A stretch of 64,000 bases of DNA from an uncultured Chloroflexia bacterium. Its GTDB lineage: Bacteria > Chloroflexota > Anaerolineae > CG2-30-64-16. Made by a program: the position numbers and the translations under genes. Every line of letters begins with the position of its first letter. Position 1 is the first letter of the stretch. Shown here piece after piece: positions 19,764 through 29,438 of the stretch. The notes under the pieces are model-generated. The model saw only the letters and a list, made by a program, of their open reading frames with translations. It had not been told where the DNA came from and did no database searches. The stretch covers positions 64,001 to 128,000 of the forward strand of contig CAVZDU010000007.1 of NCBI GenBank assembly GCA_963774265.1. The letters run 5' to 3'.

Positions 19764-21790
19764 CCCACCGCATCCGTGCCGCTGAGCTTCAGCAGCCCTG
19801 CCTCAGCCAGGAGCTTGAAGTAGGCCAGTGTGTGCTCATCGGCTTCGCGGCCCAATTCCAGCCACGCGAGCTCGCCGATCTCAGCCACGGTGTGCTGGCC
19901 GTCCGCCCAATATTGAAGCACCGGCTCGTAGTCGTGGGCGACGTGCCCGAATACCTCGTTCAACGCCCACAACCGCGGGAGGAGATCGGGTCGATCCGCC
20001 TGGAGGTTCATCGGGACGTCGATCGGGCCGGGGAAGATGCGATTTGGCGTGAGTCGCGCCGCTTCTGCCTGCCACGCTGCGCCGGGGCTTGACGTTTCGA
20101 CATCCTCTGCGGTGCGGATCAACCCCTCCAGGGCGGCCTCGGCCCACCTTTCCTCGTCGGCAGCTGCTGCCGTGACGCGCTCACACCAGGCCGCGTTGCG
20201 GGGCGCAATCCCAGGGTCGACGCGCGTCAGTTCTGCGAGCGCGCTCCGCATGCGTTCGGCACGGAAGGAATTGGTCTTGCGATAGCGCACCCAGGCTGCC
20301 TGTCGTGCTTCGGCTGTAGTCGCGCCTCGGATCACCTCAACGGCCTCCGAAGCCGCGTGGCTGGCCCACGCGGTGAAGCGTGACACCATCCAATGGCCGA
20401 GCCATTCCGCCTCAGCCGCGCCGGCTGTCGCGAGCCAGTAGGCGTAGACGGCAGCCAGCGCGCCGCTGCGCGCCAGGCTGTCCGGGCTCACCTTTTCGGG
20501 AGTGTCCTCCGATGTGTGGTAAAACTTGTCCGGCCAATGGATGATCATGGGCGTCGGGATGCCCACGGTCGGATCGGAGAGGATGTAGTGGTCCGAACCC
20601 GCGCTGAAGGCCGTTTCGGTGTGTCGGATGTTGCCGAGGAATGGCTCGCGCAGAGAGGCCAGAAGGTGATCGGCAAACGACGCCGCGGCCTGGGGCAGGT
20701 CCACCAGTTCCCATTGGCCGCCGGTGCGCGCCTGATCCGCTCCGACCATATCCAGGTTCAGCCCGGCCAGCCATCTTGCACGGCCTCCGTTCGGCGTCTC
20801 TTCTTCTCCTGCGCGAGCGGAGGCTGAGCTTTCGGCCAGGTAAGCGAAGGTGCCGGTCATCTCGGGCGGCCAGATGAAGCGGATGCCGCGGCGTGGGGCG
20901 GGCAGCCTACCGTCAGCCACCAGGCGCGCCAGTGTCACCGCGGTTTCAATGAGCGCGGCTGCGCCGGACGCGTTGTCGTGCGCTCCCGGCTGGGGATGGC
21001 ACAGGTGGCTGACGAGCAGAATCTCCTCCTCGTTGGTCATCTCGTCGCCGGGCAGCAGCGCCTCGACGACCTCCATCGCCCCCGGGTACAAGCTGCTGTC
21101 GATCGATGCGCGCACCCGCAGAGTTTCGCCCTTTTCCAGCCGAGCGCGCAGGGCGCGACCCTGGCGCGGGGAGATTACAAAGCCCCATGCATCCGGCTCC
21201 ACCTGGCCGGGCCACCAAAAAGACGTGTACTGGAGTGCATCGGGGAGGTCAAGTTCGGTCCGGCCTCCGGCCTCCATGCCGTCGAAGAGGATGCCGGCCG
21301 CGCCGAGCTGGCGCACGGCCAGGCTAACAACGCGGGCGGCGGGCTTCTTCGTCAGCACCACCTTGCCCGCAACGTCCAGTCCTTCATAATCGGCCAACTC
21401 GATGCCGCCCTTGCCCCCCGGCGCGACAACTTCAAATTCTCCCTCCACCGCGATGCTGCGCTGGATGAGGCTGGTCGGTGTGGCGGAGAAATCGCTAAGC
21501 AGCGTCGGGCTGCTGCCGACGGCAGGGGCGAGCAGGTGTAAGGTCGCGGACTCACAAGACCATTCGAGGAAGGACGGGCTCGACCAAAAGCGGGTGACCC
21601 CATCGGCCTGGTAACCGAGCACCCGCACCTCCAGGCCCGCGCCGTCCAGTTGCTCCGCGACGTAATTCGCGGCCGAGCGGAAGCCCGGGCTCGCCTGGAT
21701 CCGGTGGAAGCCGCTGATGGCCGAGACGTGCCGGTGGGCCATGTCATCCCGATAGGCGGCGCGAATGAGATCTGTATAGCTATAGGACAT
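19760..21790 (-). CDS. M28-like aminopeptidase (DUF4910-like)
   Basis: SHLCHP, HDNASG, NLDMVG, GSDH, YHTSED. Confidence 0.85.
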   Translation of the reverse strand: MSYSYTDLIRAAYRDDMAHRHVSAISGFHRIQASPGFRSAANYVAEQLDGAGLEVRVLGYQADGVTRFWSSPSFLEWSCESATLHLLAPAVGSSPTLLSDFSATPTSLIQRSIAVEGEFEVVAPGGKGGIELADYEGLDVAGKVVLTKKPAARVVSLAVRQLGAAGILFDGMEAGGRTELDLPDALQYTSFWWPGQVEPDAWGFVISPRQGRALRARLEKGETLRVRASIDSSLYPGAMEVVEALLPGDEMTNEEEILLVSHLCHPQPGAHDNASGAAALIETAVTLARLVADGRLPAPRRGIRFIWPPEMTGTFAYLAESSASARAGEEETPNGGRARWLAGLNLDMVGADQARTGGQWELVDLPQAAASFADHLLASLREPFLGNIRHTETAFSAGSDHYILSDPTVGIPTPMIIHWPDKFYHTSEDTPEKVSPDSLARSGALAAVYAYWLATAGAAEAEWLGHWMVSRFTAWASHAASEAVEVIRGATTAEARQAAWVRYRKTNSFRAERMRSALAELTRVDPGIAPRNAAWCERVTAAAADEERWAEAALEGLIRTAEDVETSSPGAAWQAEAARLTPNRIFPGPIDVPMNLQADRPDLLPRLWALNEVFGHVAHDYEPVLQYWADGQHTVAEIGELAWLELGREADEHTLAYFKLLAEAGLLKLSGTDAVG

Positions 21791-21918
21791 CGGTCAAATC
21801 CCGGATGCGTGTTTCGATAAGGCATCACATCATAGCACAGCGCCAGCCGCGGCGGAAAATCACGCGACGCATGGGCGCTCCGTTGCGACGGACCGTCTGC
21901 CTGTGGTATAGTGCCGCC

Positions 21919-22560
21919 ATGCTCAACCAGCTCACTCATGTTTTGCGCCGGCACATCGTACTGATGCTCGCACTCGTTGTCGTCAGCATCTCTACGGCGG
22001 CCTGCGCTTCGGTTCCGCTCAATCCACAGTCAGGAGCTGCGACGGTAGGCGCACAAGCCGCCCGACCTTCGGTGACTTCGACGCGCGAGCCGCTGGCGAC
22101 TGGAATCGCGGCGAAGGTGACCGCTGCAGCCACCAGGCAGGCGACAGTGACTGCGACGCCCAAGGAGCGAGCCGCCAAGCAGCCGTCAGCTACTGCGACG
22201 CCCAGGCCGCGAGCCACGAAGCAGCCAACCGCCACACCCACCGCACCGCCGGCGCGTCGGGCCACGTCGAGCCCGGATGACGGTCTCCCCACAGTCGCAC
22301 AGGCCAGGCTGCCCCGCGAGGCGCGCGAGACGATCCGGCTGATCGAGCGAGGCGGCCCGTTTCCCTACGACAGAGACGGCGCGACGTTCCAAAACCGGGA
22401 GGGGCTGCTGCCGAAGCAGCCATCAGGCTATTACCGAGAGTACACCGTGATCACACCTGGCTCATCTGACCGAGGTGCGCGCCGGATTATTGCCGGCAAG
22501 GGTGGCGAGCTATATTACACGGACGACCATTACGATAGTTTCAAGCGGGTGATCCCATGA
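21919..22560 (+). CDS. guanyl-specific ribonuclease (RNase Sa/barnase family), lipoprotein with Ala/Thr/Pro linker
   Basis: GGPFPY.RDG..FQNREGLLP...YYREYTV.TPG..DRGARRI...YYTDDHY; TAAC lipobox. Confidence 0.93.
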   Translation: MLNQLTHVLRRHIVLMLALVVVSISTAACASVPLNPQSGAATVGAQAARPSVTSTREPLATGIAAKVTAAATRQATVTATPKERAAKQPSATATPRPRATKQPTATPTAPPARRATSSPDDGLPTVAQARLPREARETIRLIERGGPFPYDRDGATFQNREGLLPKQPSGYYREYTVITPGSSDRGARRIIAGKGGELYYTDDHYDSFKRVIP

Positions 22561-23015
22561 CACAAAACCTGAAAGCCGTGCTCGATGGCGATGCTGTCGC
22601 GCAGGTGTTCCGCCTGCAAGCGCGCACGAGTGCACGGACGATTGAGCACCTGGCCGAAGCCGCGGGCTGGCATTTCCTGCACCTGGACGGTGCACGCGTG
22701 GACACCAAGGCGGAGTTCTTAACGACTGCCGGCAAGGCGCTGCGCTTTCCAGGGTGGGCCGGACGGAATTGGGACGCATTTGAGGAGCTGGTCAATGGTT
22801 TGTCATGGCTGCCGCCTGCGAAGGGGTACCTGATGCTCTTCGAGCGGGCGAGCCGATTGGCCGGCGCGCAGCCTGAGACGCTTTCAGTCGCGCTCGACAT
22901 CCTTGAGACAGCCGCGCAAAACAGGGTTAAGGCTGGCATTCCACCGCTGGCCGTCCTCGTGCGCGGAGCAGGGCGGATCGCTGCCGGGTTGCCACTGGTG
23001 ACCATCGGCAAGTGA
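22557..23015 (+). CDS. barstar-family RNase inhibitor
   Basis: LRFPGWAGRNWDAFEE motif; ATGA overlap with the RNase gene. Confidence 0.9.
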   Translation: MTQNLKAVLDGDAVAQVFRLQARTSARTIEHLAEAAGWHFLHLDGARVDTKAEFLTTAGKALRFPGWAGRNWDAFEELVNGLSWLPPAKGYLMLFERASRLAGAQPETLSVALDILETAAQNRVKAGIPPLAVLVRGAGRIAAGLPLVTIGK

Positions 23016-23036
23016 AATCCTGGCCGGGGTGAAGAT

Positions 23037-24779
23037 GTGAGAAACTACTTTCTGGTCCTGGTCATTCTGGTGCTTACGATCGCAGGCTGCACCCCGCCCC
23101 CCATGGCCCTGCGGGAGATGGCGCCTGCTGCTGCGTCCACAGCGGCGCGGGCGCCGGAGGTTGCCGCGTCACCGACTGTCATGGCCGCACCGATCGCGAA
23201 CGCTGCGACCGCCGCCGCACCTCTGACAGGAGCAGTCGCAAGCCCCTCCCCTACAAGCGTCGCGACCGTTCAGATGACGGGAGTGCCGGTGGCCAGCCCA
23301 ATGGGCGCGGCAGCAGGAACGCGTGAACGCGTTGGGGTCCAGCCAACGCGCCCGCCCCCGGCCGCGGCGCCTGCGACTGCCACTCCTTTACCCATCTTGC
23401 GTGGCTCCGAGGTGATTACCCAGACTCAGCGCGGGGCCACAACCTATCGCGTAACTGAGATCACCCTGCCGACCTATCCCTATGCGCCGCTGTTGGTGCA
23501 GACGACTGATCCCGATCGAGCCGGCTATCCGGTCTTCACCCTGGACCGCGCGGCGTACGAGGCGAGCAATCCACAGCCTGCACCGAAGAGTTATCGCCTG
23601 TTGGTGGTCGAGAATCGCTACCTGCGCCTGGGGATCCTGCCCGATCTGGGCGGCCGCATCTACGAATGCATCTTCAAGCCGACGGGCGCGAACGAGTTCT
23701 ATTCGAACCCCGTCATCAAGCCGACGAAGTGGGGACCGCCCAGCGCGCCCTATCCTGCGGGCGCATCGTGGTGGCTGGCCGCGGGCGGGATGGAGTGGGG
23801 TTTCCCGGTTGAGGAGCATGGCTATGAGTTTGGGACGGCCTGGGGGTTCGATCATGTCGCGCAGCCCGACGGTGGGGTGATGATCACCGTGTTCACCAAG
23901 ACCGGCCCACAGGCGCCCTACGCGGTGGTGGACATCATCCTGCCGCCCGAGACAGCATACTTTCTCATCAAGCCGCGCATCGTCAACCCGCTGGGCGCGG
24001 CGTTCCGCTTCAAGTGGTGGGCCAACGCGATGCTGGCCCCCGGTCCGGCGAACAGCGTCTCGGCCGACCTGCGCATCATCCTGCCGGTCAGTGAGGTGAC
24101 CGTGCACAGCACGGGCGATACTTCATTCCCCCTCCCAGGGCAGCCGATGCCGTGGCCCGTGTATGGCGGCCGGGATCTATCGCGGCTGGGCGCATGGCAG
24201 AATTACGCGGGCTTGTTTGCCCGGCCGGACGCCGCGGGAATCTTCGCTGGCGTGTATGATCCCAGCGCGGATGAGGGGATGGTGCGCGTGCAGCCGGAGG
24301 GTGTGGCGAAGGGGTTGAAGGTGTTCGCACCGCGCGGATCGAACGGGCTGGATCCATCGCTTTGGACCGACGACGGCTCAACCTACGTCGAGCTGCACGG
24401 TGGGCTGACCGCCACCTTCTCCGATTGGTATGAGCTTGAGCCGGGCAGTGCGGTGACGTGGACTGAATACTGGTATCCCGTTGCGAAGATCGGCGGGGTG
24501 ACCTTCGCCGACGAGGCCGCGGCCGTTTCGTTGATCCCTTCATCCGGCGGATTGCGACTGGGCGTGTTCCCCACGACGGCCCTCAGCGGCCGGCTGACGA
24601 TCAGCTTGCCCGGCGCGGAGCCGCTCACGCTCGATGCGCAACTCAGCCCGGAGCAGCCCTTCGTGCGTGAGTTGGTGCTACCGCAAAGTGCGCCCAGCCA
24701 GGGGCAAGTCGCGATCACCCTGGCGGATGGCGGGGGCGCGATCGTATTTGAATGGCAGGGGCCCGCCCAGTTGCGGTAA
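23037..24779 (+). CDS. DUF5107-like lipoprotein
   Basis: IAGC lipobox; ENRYLRLGILPDLGGRIY, GGMEWGFP, WWANA. Confidence 0.75.
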   Translation: MRNYFLVLVILVLTIAGCTPPPMALREMAPAAASTAARAPEVAASPTVMAAPIANAATAAAPLTGAVASPSPTSVATVQMTGVPVASPMGAAAGTRERVGVQPTRPPPAAAPATATPLPILRGSEVITQTQRGATTYRVTEITLPTYPYAPLLVQTTDPDRAGYPVFTLDRAAYEASNPQPAPKSYRLLVVENRYLRLGILPDLGGRIYECIFKPTGANEFYSNPVIKPTKWGPPSAPYPAGASWWLAAGGMEWGFPVEEHGYEFGTAWGFDHVAQPDGGVMITVFTKTGPQAPYAVVDIILPPETAYFLIKPRIVNPLGAAFRFKWWANAMLAPGPANSVSADLRIILPVSEVTVHSTGDTSFPLPGQPMPWPVYGGRDLSRLGAWQNYAGLFARPDAAGIFAGVYDPSADEGMVRVQPEGVAKGLKVFAPRGSNGLDPSLWTDDGSTYVELHGGLTATFSDWYELEPGSAVTWTEYWYPVAKIGGVTFADEAAAVSLIPSSGGLRLGVFPTTALSGRLTISLPGAEPLTLDAQLSPEQPFVRELVLPQSAPSQGQVAITLADGGGAIVFEWQGPAQLR

Positions 24780-24808
24780 GAGGGCCTTTCGAGTATACTC
24801 TGGGTGTT

Positions 24809-24883
24809 CGGGGCGTAGCGCAGCCAGGTTAGCGCGCTTGATTTGGGTTCAAGAGGTCCGGAGTTCGAATCTCCGCGCCCCGA
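24809..24883 (+). tRNA. tRNA-Pro(TGG)
   Basis: Cloverleaf with CGGGGCG/CGCCCCG acceptor, cttga-tttgggt-tcaag anticodon arm, TTCGAAT T-loop; CCA not encoded. Confidence 0.97.
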
Positions 24884-24917
24884 TGTGAGACAGGCCAGTA
24901 CACAAGTGCTGGAATGA

Positions 24918-25553
24918 TTAAATACACACCAATATATATCTAATCTGGTAACGTTTCAAACCATACAAAGTATGCGATATCTGATCTTCCAGATCTCCCA
25001 CTTCAAGTATCTTGAATTCCTCAAAGTGGATCTTCAAATCATCCAGCGTAAAAAAGTGGAGAATTTTATCCGGCTGAACCGCAAAGGTATTCTCCTCAAC
25101 TTCTTCACCTTGTCCAAAGGAAGCATCTTGGTCTGAAATACCGGTAAAGAACATGAACCCCTTGGGAGACAATAGCTGTGCACTCTTCTGGACGAAACGG
25201 ATGCGATCAGGCTTAAGGAAAAGTTGAAGGACATTGAAACAATAAATCCCCTGATATGGACCTTGAACGAAATCGTTCTCAAGAAATGACCCATTATAGA
25301 GTTTTGTGGCTGGATCATACTCTTGGGCCAGGGCACAAGCCTCTTCTGATATTTCTATACCTGTCACATCAAAACCAGATGTCGAAAACAATTTACTGTT
25401 TCGACCATATCCAGAACCCGGAACCAGAATCTTATTAATCTTATGCTTACGAAACAGCGATAATGCAATCTCGGCAGATTTGCTATGCGTTTCCCCCCAG
25501 ATATGGTTATATTTAGAGAATTGTGTGTTCCAGTAGTTTTTGTTATTAGCCAT
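24918..25553 (-). CDS. class I SAM-dependent methyltransferase (low GC, probable integron cassette)
   Basis: ILVPGSGYGRN, GIEIS; strongly AT-rich; begins just after attC. Confidence 0.88.
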   Translation of the reverse strand: MANNKNYWNTQFSKYNHIWGETHSKSAEIALSLFRKHKINKILVPGSGYGRNSKLFSTSGFDVTGIEISEEACALAQEYDPATKLYNGSFLENDFVQGPYQGIYCFNVLQLFLKPDRIRFVQKSAQLLSPKGFMFFTGISDQDASFGQGEEVEENTFAVQPDKILHFFTLDDLKIHFEEFKILEVGDLEDQISHTLYGLKRYQIRYILVCI

Positions 25554-25590
25554 CGTTTCATCCAATCAAAGAAATTGTTCTCGACGAGCC

Positions 25591-25653
25591 GCCCAACGCT
25601 CCGGTTCAGCGGGGGGCCGCTTACGGGCCGTCCGCTGCAACCGGTTGTTAGGC
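25591..25653 (-). mobile_element. integron attC site (63 bp)
   Basis: Minus strand GCCTAAC-AACCGGTTGCAGCGGACGG...CCGCTGAACCGGAGC-GTTGGGC: RYYYAAC/GTTRRRY ends, imperfect palindrome with extrahelical base; 4 nt after a stop codon. Confidence 0.9.
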
Positions 25654-25657
25654 CACC

Positions 25658-26296
25658 TCACTCACGCACATAGCGCAAGTGTGTGGCGGTTGGACTATCG
25701 AAGACCTTATCAATTCGAAACTGCGGCACGGCCTCGTGCAGGTTCTCGAACAGACGTCTCCCACCACCGAACAGCACGGGTGCCAGGGCGATTTCTAGCT
25801 CGTCGATGACTCCCATGTTCAAGTACTGCTGGATCACGTCCGCTCCACCCGAGATGCGAATATCACGACCGCCCGCAGACTCTCTAGCCTGCTCAAGGGC
25901 GCTCTCCGGGCCGTCGTTGACGAAGTAGAATGTCGTCCCGCCCGGCCGGACCCAAGGTTCGCGCTTCTCGTGGGTAAGAACGTATACTGGAGTGTGAAAC
26001 GGAGCCTCCTCTGGCCATGAGACCTCGCCTTGCTCGAACATTCGCTTGCCCATGATGTTGGCGCCGATGCGCTCCGTGGTGTTACGAACCATGTCATTGA
26101 CCGGACCGGTCTCTCCCCCTGGTCCGAGCTTGAGGTTCTCGCGGATGTACTGCTGATTAATGATCCAGGCCATCAGCTCACCCCACTTGGCACCCCAGTT
26201 CTTGTACTCAGGCTTCTCCCAATTCTCAATGGTCATCCCTTCCGGCGCCATGTAGCCGTCAAGGCTAAGTCCGATGTTCACGAAAACTTTGGTCAT
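25658..26296 (-). CDS. RibD-C/dihydrofolate reductase family protein (integron cassette)
   Basis: SLDGYMA, IMGKRMF, ISGGAD, IDEL, PVLFGGG. Confidence 0.9.
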   Translation of the reverse strand: MTKVFVNIGLSLDGYMAPEGMTIENWEKPEYKNWGAKWGELMAWIINQQYIRENLKLGPGGETGPVNDMVRNTTERIGANIMGKRMFEQGEVSWPEEAPFHTPVYVLTHEKREPWVRPGGTTFYFVNDGPESALEQARESAGGRDIRISGGADVIQQYLNMGVIDELEIALAPVLFGGGRRLFENLHEAVPQFRIDKVFDSPTATHLRYVRE

Positions 26297-26372
26297 GATG
26301 CATCTCTCCTGATTCTGAAATGGGTTATACAATCCTTTGATCTCTTATACAAGTCCTCGGAGCTTAAAAGTA

Positions 26373-26426
26373 AGGGAAAGCCGCCCCCAAAAGCTCCTGG
26401 ACCAGGTGCGCGATGCCATCCGAGTC
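26373..26426 (+). pseudogene. intI: integron integrase N-terminal remnant
   Basis: ESRPQKLLDQVRDAIRV matches the typical IntI N-terminus (KLLDQVRxxIR); divergent from the cassettes; start codon reads AGG and the rest of the gene is missing. Confidence 0.7.
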
Positions 26427-26555
26427 GAACTGCGCCAGATTTTACTCCCATCGTGCTGCCGGCATCTCGATGATATTGGAGCGCACAATGCGGAATCTTC
26501 CCACATCAGGCGGATAATCAGTATTCAATTGAAGCGCAAAAATCGTGAGGGAAAC

Positions 26556-27791
26556 ATGAACGAGAGACTGGAAACGATCATCATCGGTGGCGGACAGGCT
26601 GGCCTGGCAACCAGCTACCACTTGAAACGGCAAGGTCGTGAACATGTGGTTCTTGAACAAGCCGCACAAGCGGGCAACGCGTGGCGCAATGATCGGTGGG
26701 ATTCCTTTACGCTCCTGACCCCTAACTGGTCCTTTCGATTGCCCGGCGCGGAATATCAAGGAGACGCTCCCGAGGATTTCATGCCGCGGGATGAGATCGT
26801 CGCTCGCTTCGAACGGTATGTCGAAGGTTTTCATCTTCCTGTACGCTATCAGACTTCAGTCACCTCGGTCGAGCAAGACGCAGATGACCGGAGCTATCTG
26901 GTCAGAACCGATGAGACAATGATGCACGCCAGAAACGTAGTGATCGCCACCGGTCTCTTTCAGCGCCCAAAGATGCCATCGTTCAGCACCGATCTGGCCG
27001 CCCATATCGTACAGCTTCACTCGGGCCAATACCGCGACCCTCGATCGCTCCCCGCGGGTGCGGTCCTGGTGGTTGGCAGCGGACAGTCTGGTTGTCAGAT
27101 CGCAGAAGAGTTGTATCAAAGTGGGCGCAAGGTCTATCTGTGTGTGGGAAGCGCCGGGCGTGCCCCCCGCCGGTATCGGGGGAAGGATATCTACGAATGG
27201 TTGCAGCTCAGCGGGTTCCTCGACCGGACGGTGGACCAGCTCCCCTCGCCGAAGGCCAAATTCGCGGCCAATCCCCAGGTGTCTGGTCGCGATGGCGGAC
27301 GAACTCTCAATCTGCATCAGTTTGCGCGAGATGGCGTGGTGCTGTTGGGGCGCGTGCAGGGGGCGCGCGAGAGCCGAATCTGGCTGGCGCCCGACCTCAA
27401 AGAGAACCTGGCCAAAGCCGACAAATTCGAAGCGGAGATCGTCGGACTCATTGACGCGTTTGTCGCACGCACCGGACTGAATGTGCCTTCCGAAAGGCTA
27501 CCTGAACTGCGCGATGGTTACGAGGCAGAAGAGATCGCCGACTTAGATCTGCACTCGGCCGGCATCACGACCATCATCTGGGCGATGGGTTATGGGTTTG
27601 ACTTCAGCCTGGTCAAGCTGCCGGTCTTTGACAGTGACGGATATCCGGTTCAGAAACGTGGTGTGACTGATTACCCCGGGTTGTTTTTCGTGGGTTTGCC
27701 TTGGCTCTACAAGCAAAAGTCCGGGCTGATTGTCGGTGTAGGAGAGGATGCTGATTATATTGCGTCTGCGATTACTGCCGGAGCGTCATAG
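26556..27791 (+). CDS. flavin-containing monooxygenase (CzcO/ArsO-like)
   Basis: IIGGGQAG, WRNDRWDS, QLHSGQYR, VVGSGQSGCQIAEEL, PGLFFVG. Confidence 0.9.
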   Translation: MNERLETIIIGGGQAGLATSYHLKRQGREHVVLEQAAQAGNAWRNDRWDSFTLLTPNWSFRLPGAEYQGDAPEDFMPRDEIVARFERYVEGFHLPVRYQTSVTSVEQDADDRSYLVRTDETMMHARNVVIATGLFQRPKMPSFSTDLAAHIVQLHSGQYRDPRSLPAGAVLVVGSGQSGCQIAEELYQSGRKVYLCVGSAGRAPRRYRGKDIYEWLQLSGFLDRTVDQLPSPKAKFAANPQVSGRDGGRTLNLHQFARDGVVLLGRVQGARESRIWLAPDLKENLAKADKFEAEIVGLIDAFVARTGLNVPSERLPELRDGYEAEEIADLDLHSAGITTIIWAMGYGFDFSLVKLPVFDSDGYPVQKRGVTDYPGLFFVGLPWLYKQKSGLIVGVGEDADYIASAITAGAS

Positions 27792-27960
27792 GACTTAAGT
27801 TAATTATGCCCATATGCCGCTTGGCAAGTACGGATCCAGCCAGAAATTCGCCTGGGTCGACGATAAATACCGCGTTTCATGGCGGTTAAATTGGGCTTAA
27901 ATGTACTTTACAAACACGGTCGTATAGTTGACACTAATGATACGACATGGAGGCTGCACG

Positions 27961-28521
27961 ATGTCCAAACTGATCTACTTTACGCCTACGTCGCTGGATG
28001 GCTTTATCGCGGGTGAAACGGACAGCATGGATTGGGCGGTGCCGAACGAGGAGGTATCCGCTTTCATCAACGATCGGACTCGCCCCGTCGGCACATATCT
28101 CTATGGACGCAAGATATATGAGACGATGAAGGTTTGGGACACGCCAGATGTCATTCCCGGTCTGACGCCGGACATGATGGACTTCGCGCGGATCTGGCAA
28201 GCGGCCGATAAGATCGTCTATTCCAAATCGCTGGAGACCGTCTCTACACCGAAGACACGTCTTGAGCGGGAATTCGAACCGCAGGCGATTCGCGACCTGA
28301 AGGCTCAATTGCCTCACGATATTTCGGTGGATGGCACGAACCTAGCCGCACAGGCGATCCGGGCCGGGCTTGTCGACGAGTATGAACTGCTCGTCGTACC
28401 TGTTATGCTTGGCGGCGGCAAGCGGGTTCTGCCCAGCAACGTAGGCGTCAAGCTGGATCTCTTGGACGAGCGCCGTGTTGGTAATGGATGGGTCTATCTT
28501 CGCTATCGCACGCGGGTCTGA
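27961..28521 (+). CDS. RibD-C/dihydrofolate reductase family protein
   Basis: SLDGFIA, LYGRKIYE, GLVDEY, PVMLGGGK. Confidence 0.9.
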   Translation: MSKLIYFTPTSLDGFIAGETDSMDWAVPNEEVSAFINDRTRPVGTYLYGRKIYETMKVWDTPDVIPGLTPDMMDFARIWQAADKIVYSKSLETVSTPKTRLEREFEPQAIRDLKAQLPHDISVDGTNLAAQAIRAGLVDEYELLVVPVMLGGGKRVLPSNVGVKLDLLDERRVGNGWVYLRYRTRV

Positions 28522-28585
28522 TGGAGGCAGCGGTCAAAGAGGGTATTCGGTGCTAATGTGTTATGGGTCGCGTGGGGAGCGGAAT

Positions 28586-28614
28586 TTGACTTGTGGCCGC
28601 TTGGAGGGTATCCT
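28586..28614 (+). promoter_or_regulatory. sigma70-type promoter upstream of tRNA-Gly
   Basis: TTGACT-N17-TATCCT. Confidence 0.7.
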
Positions 28615-28664
28615 TTAGAGAGTCTGCTCTTCGTGTTCTTAACAATTCCGATCAGCCGTCCAGA

Positions 28665-28710
28665 CTACGATATGTAGGGGTTGATGGGACTGGGGACACT
28701 AGATATTGTG
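28665..28710. promoter_or_regulatory. tandem NrdR-box-like sites
   Basis: ctaCgAtATgTaGgg (28665) and acaCtAgATaTtGtg (28696), 31 bp apart; NrdR consensus acaCwAtATaTwGtg. Confidence 0.6.
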
Positions 28711-28720
28711 TCAAAAAGAT

Positions 28721-28792
28721 GCGGGTGTAGCTCAGGGGTAGAGCGTCTGCCTTCCAAGCAGAATGTCACGGGTTCGAATCCCGTTACCCGCT
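28721..28792 (+). tRNA. tRNA-Gly(TCC)
   Basis: GCGGGTG/TACCCGC acceptor, tctgc-cttccaa-gcaga anticodon arm, TTCGAAT. Confidence 0.97.
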
Positions 28793-28919
28793 TTGCATCT
28801 TATGCGTCCTCCCGTTCATCCCATTCCACAGCGAACGCCCCAGGATGCGCGCTGAGATAGCCGTAACGTTCGAGCCGATGGCGTCTCCATACCATTTCGT
28901 TTGACGGTGTTTTGACAGG

Positions 28920-29438
28920 TTACGGAACTGGCTCCGGCGCGGCCAGCAGCCCGGCGAGCGCCGCGCTGTGCCGGAGCATGTAGCGCTCGCGAAAGTCGTC
29001 GTACTCCTCCGCGGTCATCTCATCCCCCCGCACGATCTTCCAGTTTGGCAGTGGACCTTCGGGCAGCGGCGTCCGGTCTTTTGGGCCCGCGATCTCCAGC
29101 CGTGCGCCCATTTGGCGCAGCACGTACAGCATGCCGAACAGGGCATGCGCCGTGTCCCGCGGATAGGCCGCCTCCAACAGCAGCATCCAGCGGCTGCCGT
29201 CGCCCTTCAGATCGGGCCGCGGGTCGGTCCAGGGCGGGTCCGGGTCGGGCCGGATGTGCACGGTGAACTTGCCGGCCAGGTAGTCGAGCAGGCCCGACTT
29301 CTGCGCTGCGATGGTCGCGGCCAGCTCCGGCGTATGGGCGCTCTCCGCCGCGTTAATCTCCAGGCGGCCGCCGTCCGCGCTGATGACCACGCCCAGATCG
29401 CACAGCACGGCCAGCAGGACCCCCAGATCCTCGATCAT
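28920..29438 (-). CDS. hypothetical protein with TubC N-terminal docking-like domain (primase-associated)
   Basis: LCDLGVVISADGGRLEINA...TPELAATIAAQKSGLLDYL pattern; coupled to the primase gene. Confidence 0.55.
   Translation of the reverse strand: MIEDLGVLLAVLCDLGVVISADGGRLEINAAESAHTPELAATIAAQKSGLLDYLAGKFTVHIRPDPDPPWTDPRPDLKGDGSRWMLLLEAAYPRDTAHALFGMLYVLRQMGARLEIAGPKDRTPLPEGPLPNWKIVRGDEMTAEEYDDFRERYMLRHSAALAGLLAAPEPVP

Noticed and set aside
26300-26372. attI site of the integron
   Set aside because: Only a repeated TTGTATAA is visible; no clear GTTRRRY core on the cassette strand, so not called
26337-26555. N-terminal extension of the monooxygenase (apparent IntI-FMO fusion)
   Set aside because: Chance in-frame read-through from the intI stub; RBS and ATG are at 26556
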